Shown here: positions 39,636-48,262 of the stretch, one piece after another
Layout of the letters: every line of letters begins with the position of its first letter
How positions within the stretch are numbered: position 1 is the stretch's first letter
DNA from: Spirochaetia bacterium
Lineage (GTDB): Bacteria; Spirochaetota; Spirochaetia; SZUA-6; Bin103
Reading direction: 5' to 3'
Assembly: GCA_965203515.1 (NCBI GenBank)
Contig: OZ241907.1
Span: 3,744,001 to 3,808,000 of the forward strand
Length of the DNA stretch: 64,000 bases
Program-made: the position numbers and the translations under genes
The notes under the pieces: model-generated
Database searches by the model: none
Told to the model about the DNA's origin: nothing
The model's input: only the letters and a program-made list of their open reading frames with translations

Positions 39636-41081
39636 TCAGCGGCTGATCGTCGCGGTGAAGGTGCGCGCGCGGCTCGTGCCGGGACGCAACACCGCAATCC
39701 GCCCCGTATCGGCCTCGCGCAGGGCGTCGTAGAGGGCGTCCGCGTCGCCCACCGCGCGGTTATCGACGCTGGTGATCACGTCCATGGGGCGTATGCCGGC
39801 GCGCCACGCGGCCGAGGATTCCGACACCTGCCGGACCACAAGGCCCCGGCCCGCCGGATTGTCGATGGCGTGGATCCCCGGCCAGTCGGTCCCTGCCCAT
39901 CGTTGGGTCGCCGGCCGCTCGGCCAGCCGCACGCGGATGTCGCGCTCCGTGCCGTCGCGCGCGACGGCCACGGACAGCCGGGTACCGGCACCGGCCTCGG
40001 CCACGGCGCGCATCAGCTCCCGGGTGTCGGCGATCGGCAGTCCGTCGATGGCGACGATCACGTCGCCCGCCAGCAGCCCCGCGCGCTCCGCGGGAGCGCC
40101 CGTCACCACGCTGTAGACCAGGGCACCATCGCTCGGCTCGCCGGCGTCGGTCGGCAGGATGCCCAGATAGCCGTGACGCACGCCGCCGCCGCGCAGTTGT
40201 TCGGCGACCCGCACGGCGGTATTGATCGGCAGCGCGAAGCCGATGCCGACGCCGCTTCCGGTCCGGGACGCGATCCAGGTGTTGATGCCGATGACCGAGC
40301 CGTCCAGCGCGACCAGCGAGCCCCCGGAATTGCCGGGGTTGATCGACGCGTCGGTCTGGATGTACTCGGCATACGGGTTGCTTTGCTGCTCGCGCCCGAC
40401 GGCGCTGATGATCCCGGAGGTGACCGACGACTGAAATCCGAAGGGGCTGCCGACCGCCAGCACCTGATCGCCGACCACCAGAGCGTCCGAGTCGCCCAGC
40501 GTGGCGACCGCCAGCGGCTCCGGCCACGAGAAGCTCAGCACGGCGATGTCGCGGGTGCCGTCCGATCCGATCAGGCGGACGCCTTCGACCTCGGCCCCGT
40601 CGTGCAAGGTCACGCGGATGGTATCGGTATTCCGGATCACGTGGCTGTTGGTGAGCACGTAATAGGTGTTGCCGCGTCGGTCGTAGATCACGCCGGAGCC
40701 GGTGCCGCCGGGTTGCTCGAACTCGAAGCCGCGAAAGCTGCGCGCGATGCGGTTGGTGTCGATCTGCACCACGGTGGGCACCGAGGCGGCGGCCACGTCG
40801 CGGAATACCTGCTGCAAGGCGAGCGCGGCATCGATCGTCTCCGGCCCTGAAGACACGGTCCGGGTCAAGGACGAATCGGCTGCGTCGGCCGCGCGCGCCG
40901 GCGGCGCAACGTCCCGAGCGGCGGGTTGGCCGCCGTCGACCACCGAGCAGGCCGCGAACAGCGCACTGAGGATCGCCACCGGCGCCACCCGGCGAACGGA
41001 GCGCCCGATCGACCGGTGAGCGTCGATTCCGTTCCGCATTGCCCCGCGTTCCATAAGCTCCTCCACGATTACCTCATTCAC
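39636..41081 (-). CDS. HtrA/DegP-family serine protease with two PDZ domains, probable lipoprotein (start may be 41039 or 41054)
   Basis: GSGVI, TNSHV, QTDASINPGNSGG, GYLGI; lipobox-like LFAAC. Confidence 0.9.
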   Translation of the reverse strand: MNEVIVEELMERGAMRNGIDAHRSIGRSVRRVAPVAILSALFAACSVVDGGQPAARDVAPPARAADAADSSLTRTVSSGPETIDAALALQQVFRDVAAASVPTVVQIDTNRIARSFRGFEFEQPGGTGSGVIYDRRGNTYYVLTNSHVIRNTDTIRVTLHDGAEVEGVRLIGSDGTRDIAVLSFSWPEPLAVATLGDSDALVVGDQVLAVGSPFGFQSSVTSGIISAVGREQQSNPYAEYIQTDASINPGNSGGSLVALDGSVIGINTWIASRTGSGVGIGFALPINTAVRVAEQLRGGGVRHGYLGILPTDAGEPSDGALVYSVVTGAPAERAGLLAGDVIVAIDGLPIADTRELMRAVAEAGAGTRLSVAVARDGTERDIRVRLAERPATQRWAGTDWPGIHAIDNPAGRGLVVRQVSESSAAWRAGIRPMDVITSVDNRAVGDADALYDALREADTGRIAVLRPGTSRARTFTATISR

Positions 41082-41163
41082 GATGATCGTCCGGCCGTTT
41101 TACAAAGGGAATGGCATTGCGTTACGAGTTCGCAAACATCGGCCAGGTTTCGGCCGGCCGCGC

Positions 41164-42426
41164 TCATCGCCGATCGCGGAGCGCCCGATCGGTGATACTC
41201 CGTTCCGCGCCCGGCAGCGCCAGCAGCTCCATCTCGATCAGCCGGCGCGTGGCCGCCTCGCCATAGCGGCGGCAGTGCTCCAGCAGCGCGCGCAGCTGCG
41301 CGCGGTCCTCCAGGTGGCGCAGCACCGGATAGGCGCGGCGCAGCGCCGGAAACAGCCGGCGGTGGTCCAGGCGGAGGCTGTGGGGAACGGTGCCGCCGAG
41401 GCGAAGGCCACCGGCCCGGCCGCCGCCGGCCCGGCCGCCGGCCGCCAGCCGCCGGTATTCCCGGTCGAGCTCGGGAGCGAACCGGCCCCCGGCGCAGCGC
41501 CGCACCACCTCCGATTGGATCAGCTCCCGCATCCGGTCCAGATTGGTGCCGGAGCGCACGTCGACGCCGATGCCGAGCGTCACCAGCGGCACGCCATCGG
41601 CGGTGAACCCGACCAGCGTGTCGGTCTGCACGCCCGGCTCGATCGGCAGCGGCGTGGAGCGGGGGTAGACGCGCAACGTCCGCAAGCGCTCGATGCGCCG
41701 CTCCAGCGCGGCGATCGTCGCCTGCAGGCCGGCGCTGCCCGGATCGGCTTCGAGCGCCTCCCGGTAGGCCGGCAGCACTTCTTCCGACAGGTAGTGAACG
41801 GCCTGCGGCAGCGGCACCGTCATGCGCGGCGCGCGCCGTACCTCCTCCTGCCCCTCCTCCAGGCCGTAGGGCGGATCGGCCTGGTGCTCCCGCGCCGACA
41901 CCGGCAGCAGCGCCTTGAGCAGGGAGCGCAGCGGCTCGCGCAGCTGCTCGGTCTTGAACAGGGGGCGGTAGGTGTCGTCGCGGTGCGCGTGCTTGCTGAC
42001 CGCCGACGCCACGATCCGCGCCAGCGATCGAACGCGTTCGGCATCGGCGACCCGGTCCTCCAGCAGCGGCGCGCCGCCGGCCATCAGAAAGCGCTCGAGC
42101 TGCGCCTGCGCGGCGGCGAACTCCGGCGAGTCGCGGATCACCCCGGACTGATCGTCGGAGAGCGACAGCCCGCGCAGGTCATCGAGGGCCTGCAGCGCCG
42201 CCAGCGCCTTGCCGCGCGCCAACTCGGCGTCCCGCCCGCCCTCGACCGCCAGCGTGGCCAGTTCCAGGCGCACGGCGGCCAACTCCAGGATGGTGCGGAA
42301 GTCGCGCAGACCGGCGAAGCGCCGGTCGTCGATACGGACCTCGGCATCCAGGCGCGCCTCGGTGCCGGTGAGCCGGCGCACCTCACGGGAGTAGCCGTCA
42401 GGGATGATCTCCAGGTCAGACGTCAT
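41164..42426 (-). CDS. Hypothetical helical protein
   Basis: 420-aa ORF with coding-like composition filling the gap between recognisable genes; no motif recognised. Confidence 0.6.
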   Translation of the reverse strand: MTSDLEIIPDGYSREVRRLTGTEARLDAEVRIDDRRFAGLRDFRTILELAAVRLELATLAVEGGRDAELARGKALAALQALDDLRGLSLSDDQSGVIRDSPEFAAAQAQLERFLMAGGAPLLEDRVADAERVRSLARIVASAVSKHAHRDDTYRPLFKTEQLREPLRSLLKALLPVSAREHQADPPYGLEEGQEEVRRAPRMTVPLPQAVHYLSEEVLPAYREALEADPGSAGLQATIAALERRIERLRTLRVYPRSTPLPIEPGVQTDTLVGFTADGVPLVTLGIGVDVRSGTNLDRMRELIQSEVVRRCAGGRFAPELDREYRRLAAGGRAGGGRAGGLRLGGTVPHSLRLDHRRLFPALRRAYPVLRHLEDRAQLRALLEHCRRYGEAATRRLIEMELLALPGAERSITDRALRDRR

Positions 42427-42506
42427 CCGGTGGTTCCGTACCGACTATGCTTCGGCCGGGCGCACGGCGTCCACAAAGGGATGACGTTTCGGGTATGCTG
42501 ACCGTC

Positions 42507-43229
42507 ATGGGACGATGGATGGTACCGGTTCTGGCCGCGATGTTGGCATTGTGCTCGGCCTGCGCGAGGGCGGCCCCGACCGCGGAGCCGACTCCGACCA
42601 AGGCGCCGACCGAGACTCCGGCTCCAACCGAGACCCCGGCTCCGACCGAGGCTCGCTACCGGGTCACGTTCGCCGCCACCTGGAGCGCGGCGACCCACCC
42701 GCGGAACTTTCCTGGCAATCCGCACTTCTCCGGTCTGGTCGGCGCGACGCACGGGGACATCCGCATCTGGCAGTCCGGCAAGGCCGCCTCCGCCGGCATG
42801 GAGCTGATGGCGGAGACCGGCGGCAAGAGCCGGCTGCTGAGCGAGATAGATCGACTGATCGAGGGCGGTTCCGCGCACTCCCGACTCTCCGGCGGCGGAC
42901 TGTCGACCTCTCCGTCGAACGTCAGTCTGGAGTTCACCGCCGTCTCCTCGCATCCGTTCGTGACCCTGGTCAGCATGCTGGCGCCGAGCCCCGACTGGTT
43001 CGTGGGCGTATCCGCGCTGCCGCTGATGGAGGACGGCGCCTGGAAGGCCCGCGTGGAAGTGGCGCTCTCCGTCTACGACGCCGGCACGGACGACGGCGCG
43101 GTCTTCACCGCCGCCGACGCCGATACCGATCCGGCCGAGGCGATAGCCGCGCTGACCAGCGACCCGGACGACACCGACTTCTCCGAAGGCAAGCCGGTCG
43201 TGGGCACCTTCGTCTTCGAACGGCTCTGA
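42507..43229 (+). CDS. Spondin_N domain lipoprotein with PTETPA linker repeats
   Basis: YRVTFAATWS, HFSGLVGATH, ASAGMELMAETG, SMLAPSPDWFVG, YDAGTD. Confidence 0.85.
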   Translation: MGRWMVPVLAAMLALCSACARAAPTAEPTPTKAPTETPAPTETPAPTEARYRVTFAATWSAATHPRNFPGNPHFSGLVGATHGDIRIWQSGKAASAGMELMAETGGKSRLLSEIDRLIEGGSAHSRLSGGGLSTSPSNVSLEFTAVSSHPFVTLVSMLAPSPDWFVGVSALPLMEDGAWKARVEVALSVYDAGTDDGAVFTAADADTDPAEAIAALTSDPDDTDFSEGKPVVGTFVFERL

Positions 43230-43251
43230 AGCGGACCCGCGTGGCCGCGCG

Positions 43252-43725
43252 ATGAGCGTCATGGAACGGATTCGGGCGATGCTGGATGAGGCGGGGGTCG
43301 ATTACCGCCACGTCCGCCACGAGGCGGTACGGACCTCCGAGCAGGCGGCGCGCGTGCGCGGCGAGCCGCTGTCGATCGGCGGCAAGGCGCTGGTGGTCAA
43401 GCTCGGCGACCGGTTCCGGCTGTTCGTGCTGAGCGCGGCGCTCCGGCTCGACTCCACGGCCGTGCGCGACCGGTTCGACACGCGCCGCATCCGCTTTGCC
43501 AGCGCGCCGGAGCTGCTGGAGATCACCGGGCTGGCGCCCGGCAGCGTGCCGCCGTTCGGCGAGCCGATCCTGCCGCTGCCGCTGCACGTCGACCCGTCGG
43601 TCCTAGCCAACGACCGCATCGCCTTCAACGCCGGATCGCTGACCGATTCGATCGTCATGCCGACCGCCGACTACCGGACGCTGGCCGGCGGCGAGGTCTT
43701 CCCCTTCGCGGAGGCGGGCGGATGA
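43252..43725 (+). CDS. YbaK/prolyl-tRNA synthetase editing domain protein
   Basis: GGKALVVK, RFASAPEL, PGSVPPFG, FNAG. Confidence 0.88.
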   Translation: MSVMERIRAMLDEAGVDYRHVRHEAVRTSEQAARVRGEPLSIGGKALVVKLGDRFRLFVLSAALRLDSTAVRDRFDTRRIRFASAPELLEITGLAPGSVPPFGEPILPLPLHVDPSVLANDRIAFNAGSLTDSIVMPTADYRTLAGGEVFPFAEAGG

Positions 43726-44852
43726 CGCGCGCCGGCGCCGCCGCTCTGCTGGCGTTGCTGGTCACGCTGGGGGCCGGCGCCGAGCCGACCGTGGTCGTGG
43801 AGCGGGTCGAATCGGAGGCGGCAACCTTCCGCGTGGTGCGCGTGGCGGACGGCCTGAACCGTCCCTGGTCGATCGCCTTCCTGCCCGGCGGCAGCGCGCT
43901 GGTCAGCGAACGACCGGGCGATCTGCTGCGTCTGGATACTCAGACCGGCGCGTTGCGCACGCTGTCCGGGACGCCGCGGGTCGCGGCGACAGGCCAGGGC
44001 GGACTGCTGGACGTGGAGCCGCACCCGGCGTTCGCCGAGAATCGGCTGGTCTACCTCTCCTACTCGACCGGCCGCCGCGGGCGGTTCGCCACCAGCATCG
44101 CCCGCGGGCGGCTCACCGACTCCGGGCTCGAAGAGGTCGAGGTGCTGTTCACCATGAATCGGCCGTCGGGCGACCGCAGCCACTTCGGCTCGCGCCTGGC
44201 ATTCGGCGCCGACGGCATGCTGTATGCATCCTTCGGAGATCGGGGCGAGCGGGACCGCGCCCAGGATCCGGCCGACCACGCGGGCACCATCATCCGCCTG
44301 CGCGACGACGGCGCGGCGCCGGCCGACAACCCGTTCGCCGCCGGCGGCGGAGCCGCCGAGGTCTACTCCTTCGGGCACCGCAATCCGCAGGGGCTGACCG
44401 TCCACCCGGTGACCGGCCGCCTGTGGTCGCACGAGCACGGACCGCAGGGCGGCGACGAGATCAACGTGATCAAGGCCGGCGTGAACTACGGCTGGCCGGT
44501 GATCAGCTACGGCGCCGAGTACGGCAGCGGCGCGCCGATCGGCATCGGCACCGCGGCGCCCGGCATGGCGCAGCCGGTGCTGCACTGGACGCCGTCGATC
44601 GCCCCGTCGGGCATGACCTTCTACGACGGCGACCGCTTCCCCGGCTGGCAGGGCGACCTGTTCGCCGGCGCGCTGGCCGGCCGGCATCTGCGCCGCGTGC
44701 AGCTCGACGGCGAGCGGGTCGTCGCGCAGGAGGTGCTCCTGCAGCGGCGCGTCGGCCGCGTCCGTGACGTCAGGCAGGGGCCGGACGGCATGCTGTGGCT
44801 GCTGGAGGACGCCCGCCGCGGCTCGATCTTTCGGCTGGAGCCGGCGTCGTGA
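43722..44852 (+). CDS. PQQ-dependent glucose/sorbosone dehydrogenase family
   Basis: GQGGLLDV, HFGSRL, GHRNPQG, EHGPQGGDEIN, NYGWP, IAPSG. Confidence 0.9.
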   Translation: MTRAGAAALLALLVTLGAGAEPTVVVERVESEAATFRVVRVADGLNRPWSIAFLPGGSALVSERPGDLLRLDTQTGALRTLSGTPRVAATGQGGLLDVEPHPAFAENRLVYLSYSTGRRGRFATSIARGRLTDSGLEEVEVLFTMNRPSGDRSHFGSRLAFGADGMLYASFGDRGERDRAQDPADHAGTIIRLRDDGAAPADNPFAAGGGAAEVYSFGHRNPQGLTVHPVTGRLWSHEHGPQGGDEINVIKAGVNYGWPVISYGAEYGSGAPIGIGTAAPGMAQPVLHWTPSIAPSGMTFYDGDRFPGWQGDLFAGALAGRHLRRVQLDGERVVAQEVLLQRRVGRVRDVRQGPDGMLWLLEDARRGSIFRLEPAS

Positions 44853-44890
44853 CGACCTGACCGCGCCGCGGCGCCGGCGAGGATCGACTC

Positions 44891-46540
44891 GTGCCTGAGC
44901 CGGATTTCCTCAAGGACCTGGTCATCGTGCTGGGGGCGGCGGTGATCGTGGTGGCGCTGCTGCGCCGCGTCGGCGTTCCGTCGATCGCCGGGTTCATCCT
45001 GACCGGCGTGCTGGCCGGGCCCACGGCGCTCGGCCTGGTCGACGATACCCATCAGGTCGAACTGCTGGCCGAAGTCGGCGTCGTGCTCCTGCTCTTCGGC
45101 ATCGGCCTGGAGCTGGCGGTCGACCGCCTGCGCCGCCTGTGGAAGGCGGTACTCCTTGGCGGCGGCATGCAGGTCGCGGTCACGCTGGCGTGCGCGGCCG
45201 CGCTGGCCCGGGCGTTCGGGCTGGCGCCCGGCGCCGCGATCTTCCTGGGATGCGTGGTGGCCGTCTCCAGCACCGCGGTGGTGCTGCGCGCGCTGTCCGC
45301 GCGCGGCGAGCTGGACGCTCCGCACGGCCGCCTTGCGGTCGGCATCCTGGTGTTCCAGGACCTGTGCGTGGTGCCGATGATCCTGGCGGTGCCGCTGCTG
45401 GGCGGCGGCGGCAGCTCCGCCCGGGAGATCCTGCTGGCGGTCGGCACAGCCGTCCTCATCATTGCCGGCGTGCTGGTGGCGGCCAGCTTCGTGGTGCCGC
45501 GCCTGCTGGCGTTCGTGGCCAAGACCAGGGAGCGCGAGCTGTTCATCCTGACCGTCTTTCTGGTCTGCTTCGGTACGACCTGGGCGCTGTCGCTGGCCGG
45601 CGTCTCGCTGGCGCTCGGCGCGTTCCTGGCGGGGTTGATCGTCGCGGGCAGCGAGTTCCGGCATCAGGCGATGGCGGACCTGATCCCGGCTCGCGACATC
45701 CTGGCCAGCCTCTTCTTCGTCTCCGTCGGCATGCTGCTCGACCTCTCCGACGTGCTCGGACAGCTCATGTCGACCGCCGGTCTGCTCGGCGCCATCCTCG
45801 CCGGCAAGTTCGCGGTCATTCTGGTGACCGCGCTCATCCTGCGGCTGCCGCTCCGGGTCGGCATCCTGTCGGCCGCCGCGCTCTGTCAGGTCGGGGAGTT
45901 CTCGTTCGTGCTGCTCAACGTGGCGTCGGGGACCGGGCTGCTCGGCGTCTCGCTCTCCCAGAACCTGATGGTGGCGATCATCCTGTCGATGCTGCTCACG
46001 CCGCTGGTCATCGCCTGCGGCCCCCACCTGGCCGGCGGCGCGGCGCGCGTCCCGTGGCTGAACCGGCTGCTGCGCGCCGAGCCGCCCGGCATCGACGCGC
46101 AGGAGCCGCACAGCGACCACGTGATCGTCGCCGGCTACGGACTCGCCGGCCGGGAGGTCTGCCGCGCCGTGCGGGCCGCCGGCTTCGCCTACGTCGCCAT
46201 CGACGCCAACCCGGACAACGTTCGAGCGGCGCGGGCGATCGGCGATCGGGCGGTGCTGGGCGACGTGACGCAGAAGGAGGTGCTGGACGAGCTCGGCTGC
46301 GAGGACTCGCGGCTGGTGGTGCTGACCATCAACGACACCCGCGCCACCGAGCTGGCGGTGCGCCGGATTCGCGCCGCGGCTCCCGACGTCGAGGTCATCG
46401 TCCGCGCCCCGTACGAGCTCGACCGGCGCCCGTTGCGAGCGGCCGGCGCAACCGAGGTCGTCACCGCGGAAGCGACGGCGAGCGCCTCCATCGTCGACCG
46501 CTCCCTGGCCGCGCTCGGATCGCCCGCCCCGCCCGACTGA
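44891..46540 (+). CDS. CPA2/Kef-type cation:proton antiporter with TrkA-N domain
   Basis: AEVGVVLLLFGIGLE, SSTAVV, FQD, QVGEFSFV, AGYG...GDVT. Confidence 0.9.
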   Translation: MPEPDFLKDLVIVLGAAVIVVALLRRVGVPSIAGFILTGVLAGPTALGLVDDTHQVELLAEVGVVLLLFGIGLELAVDRLRRLWKAVLLGGGMQVAVTLACAAALARAFGLAPGAAIFLGCVVAVSSTAVVLRALSARGELDAPHGRLAVGILVFQDLCVVPMILAVPLLGGGGSSAREILLAVGTAVLIIAGVLVAASFVVPRLLAFVAKTRERELFILTVFLVCFGTTWALSLAGVSLALGAFLAGLIVAGSEFRHQAMADLIPARDILASLFFVSVGMLLDLSDVLGQLMSTAGLLGAILAGKFAVILVTALILRLPLRVGILSAAALCQVGEFSFVLLNVASGTGLLGVSLSQNLMVAIILSMLLTPLVIACGPHLAGGAARVPWLNRLLRAEPPGIDAQEPHSDHVIVAGYGLAGREVCRAVRAAGFAYVAIDANPDNVRAARAIGDRAVLGDVTQKEVLDELGCEDSRLVVLTINDTRATELAVRRIRAAAPDVEVIVRAPYELDRRPLRAAGATEVVTAEATASASIVDRSLAALGSPAPPD

Positions 46541-46548
46541 TGCGCGCG

Positions 46549-46662
46549 CCGCAGGATCGCGGTCAGTCCGCAGGATCGCGGTCAGTCCGCAGGATCGCGG
46601 TCAGTCCGCAGGATCGCGGTCAGTCCGCAGGATCGCGGTCAGTCCGCAGGATCGCGGTCAGT
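46549..46662. repeat. 19-bp perfect tandem repeat (CCGCAGGATCGCGGTCAGT) x6
   Basis: Six consecutive identical units, no spacers. Confidence 0.97.
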
Positions 46663-46693
46663 CGGCTCGTGTCGAGACGGTCGCCGTGACGCT

Positions 46694-46731
46694 CCAGAGT
46701 TGGCCTTGGCCGGGAATCCACTGGCTGGTGC
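46694..46731. repeat. 38-bp direct repeat, left copy (right copy 59476-59513)
   Basis: CCAGAGTTGGCCTTGGCCGGGAATCCACTGGC identical for 32 bp, 37/38 overall; reads QWIPGQGQLW on the minus strand. Confidence 0.93.
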
Positions 46732-46735
46732 CCGG

Positions 46736-46930
46736 TGGAGTTGTCCCGGTTTGGTGGACGGGTAACCTCTGAGGTGCGCACAACCCCATCGCCGAGGAAC
46801 AGTCCTCGCGATGGCGTTGGCCATCAAGCCGATCGTCATGCTGGCGCCTCGACTCGTCGGCCTCGAAGGCAACGGGTGACCAGTGGCCCAGAGTGGCGCC
46901 GGTCGACGGCCGCACCCCGGCCTGCCGCTG
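46736..46930 (-). mobile_element. IS3-family right end with internally deleted transposase 3' remnant
   Basis: Terminal-IR-like TGGAGTTGTCCCGGTTTGGTGGACGGGT; minus strand reads AGVRPSTG|ATLGHWSPVAFE, homologous to the 47715-48010 copy. Confidence 0.72.
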
Positions 46931-46934
46931 CCCG

Positions 46935-47440
46935 CTGGTACCTGTCCGCAGAGCCACACCCCCTGCAGCCTGCTGCCCGACTGCGTGGCGGCGCGGCTGC
47001 CGGGGACGCTCCCGGAGCTGGAAACGGCCGCCGACCAAGTGGGCCGCGCCCGCCTCGAACTGCCCGGCGCCACGCGCGGGCTGCGCCGCCGCGTGCGCCT
47101 GGGCCAGCAGGTGCTGCGGCCGGTGATCGGCTTGCTGCCGCAGCACCTCGCCGGCTGCCGGGCCGAGCTGACCGCCTGCCGCCAGCGGCTCGACAGCAAA
47201 GCAGTGTGGTAGCGCTGCGCTCGCCGGCCGTACCGGGGCTGCCGATGCTGCCGGCGCCGTTCCTGGCGCCGGCGTTAGCTTGTGTCCCATCACCGGGTCA
47301 CCTGACCGGCCCCCAAGAAGCGACCGACCCATGCACGATGCCGATGCCGACCTGCGCCGCCAGATAGCGCTGTTCGGCTACCGCTTGATCGCCGCAATGG
47401 CCCAGCTGCTGCCCGGCACTCCCGGCATCGGCGAGCAGTC
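46935..47440 (+). pseudogene. Degraded fragments of a different transposon-associated gene pair (DUF6431-like, then DDE transposase N-terminus)
   Basis: CPQSHTPCSLLPDCVAARLPGTL...LPGATRGLRRRVR and MHDADADLRRQIALFGYRLIA resemble such genes; short and broken. Confidence 0.4.
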
Positions 47441-47752
47441 GTGCCAAGGCCGCGCAGCACCGTACCCGCGTGGCCGCCCGGGACCATGCGCGACTGGCTG
47501 CACCGCTAGCGTGCCGGCGGCTTCGATGCGCTGCCGGTATCTCGGAGCGGATGGCGCGGTAGGCGGCGGCGCGGGAGCGTTCGGCCGGCCGGCCGAGTTC
47601 CCAGGCGATCGACCGGCACCGGTCCATGAGCGCCATCATCTCGGCGGCCTGCAGCCCTGACCGCAGCAACCGGGAGACTGCCGCCCGAGACCGGCGCCCA
47701 ACACCGCGCCGGCCGCCATGGCGTTGGCCCGTCAAGCCGATCATGCCGACCG

Positions 47753-48190
47753 TCATGCTGCCGCCTCGGCTTCGTCGGCCTCGAAGGCAACCGGTGACCG
47801 GTAGCCCAGTGCCGAGTGGCGCCGGCGCCGGTTGTAGAACCCCTCGATGAACTCGAATACCGCCAAGCGCGCTTCGGCCCGACCGCCGAACCGGTGACGG
47901 TCCAGTAACTCGCACTCCAGCGTCGCAAAGAAGCTCTCGCACAGCGCGTTGTCATACGCATCGCCCACCGAGCCGGTCGACGGTCTCACTCCGGCCTCCG
48001 GCCTGCCGGCACCGCTGCCCGAAGGCGATCGACGTGTACTGCGCGCCCTGGTCGCTGTGGTGCACCACGCCCTGCGGCCGACGCCGCCAGATCGCCATGT
48101 TCAGCGCATCCAGGACCAGTTCGGTCCGCAGGTGCGCGGCCATCGACCAGCCGATCACGCGCCGACTCCACGCATCGAGCACCACCGCCC
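47753..48190 (-). mobile_element. IS3-family transposase (rve) fragment, frameshifted and 5'-truncated
   Basis: VVLDAWSRRVIGWSM, HHSDQGAQYTS; frameshift near 47995; GDAYDNALCESFFATLECE, FYNRRRRHSALGYRSP. Confidence 0.88.
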
Positions 48191-48226
48191 TGAGCCGGCG
48201 CAGCAAAATTATCGTTTGATAGCCGT

Positions 48227-48255
48227 TGGACAGGAGCTGTAGCAGCCGCTACATT
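48227..48255 (+). promoter_or_regulatory. Putative promoter with overlapping palindrome upstream of the HTH-helicase
   Basis: TGGACA-17-TACATT, ATG 7 nt downstream; TGTAGC-agcc-GCTACA at 48238-48253. Confidence 0.6.
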
Positions 48256-48262
48256 GGATAGG

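Noticed and set aside
46549..46662. Possible CRISPR array
   Set aside because: Units are contiguous 19-mers with no unique spacers, and no cas genes are present
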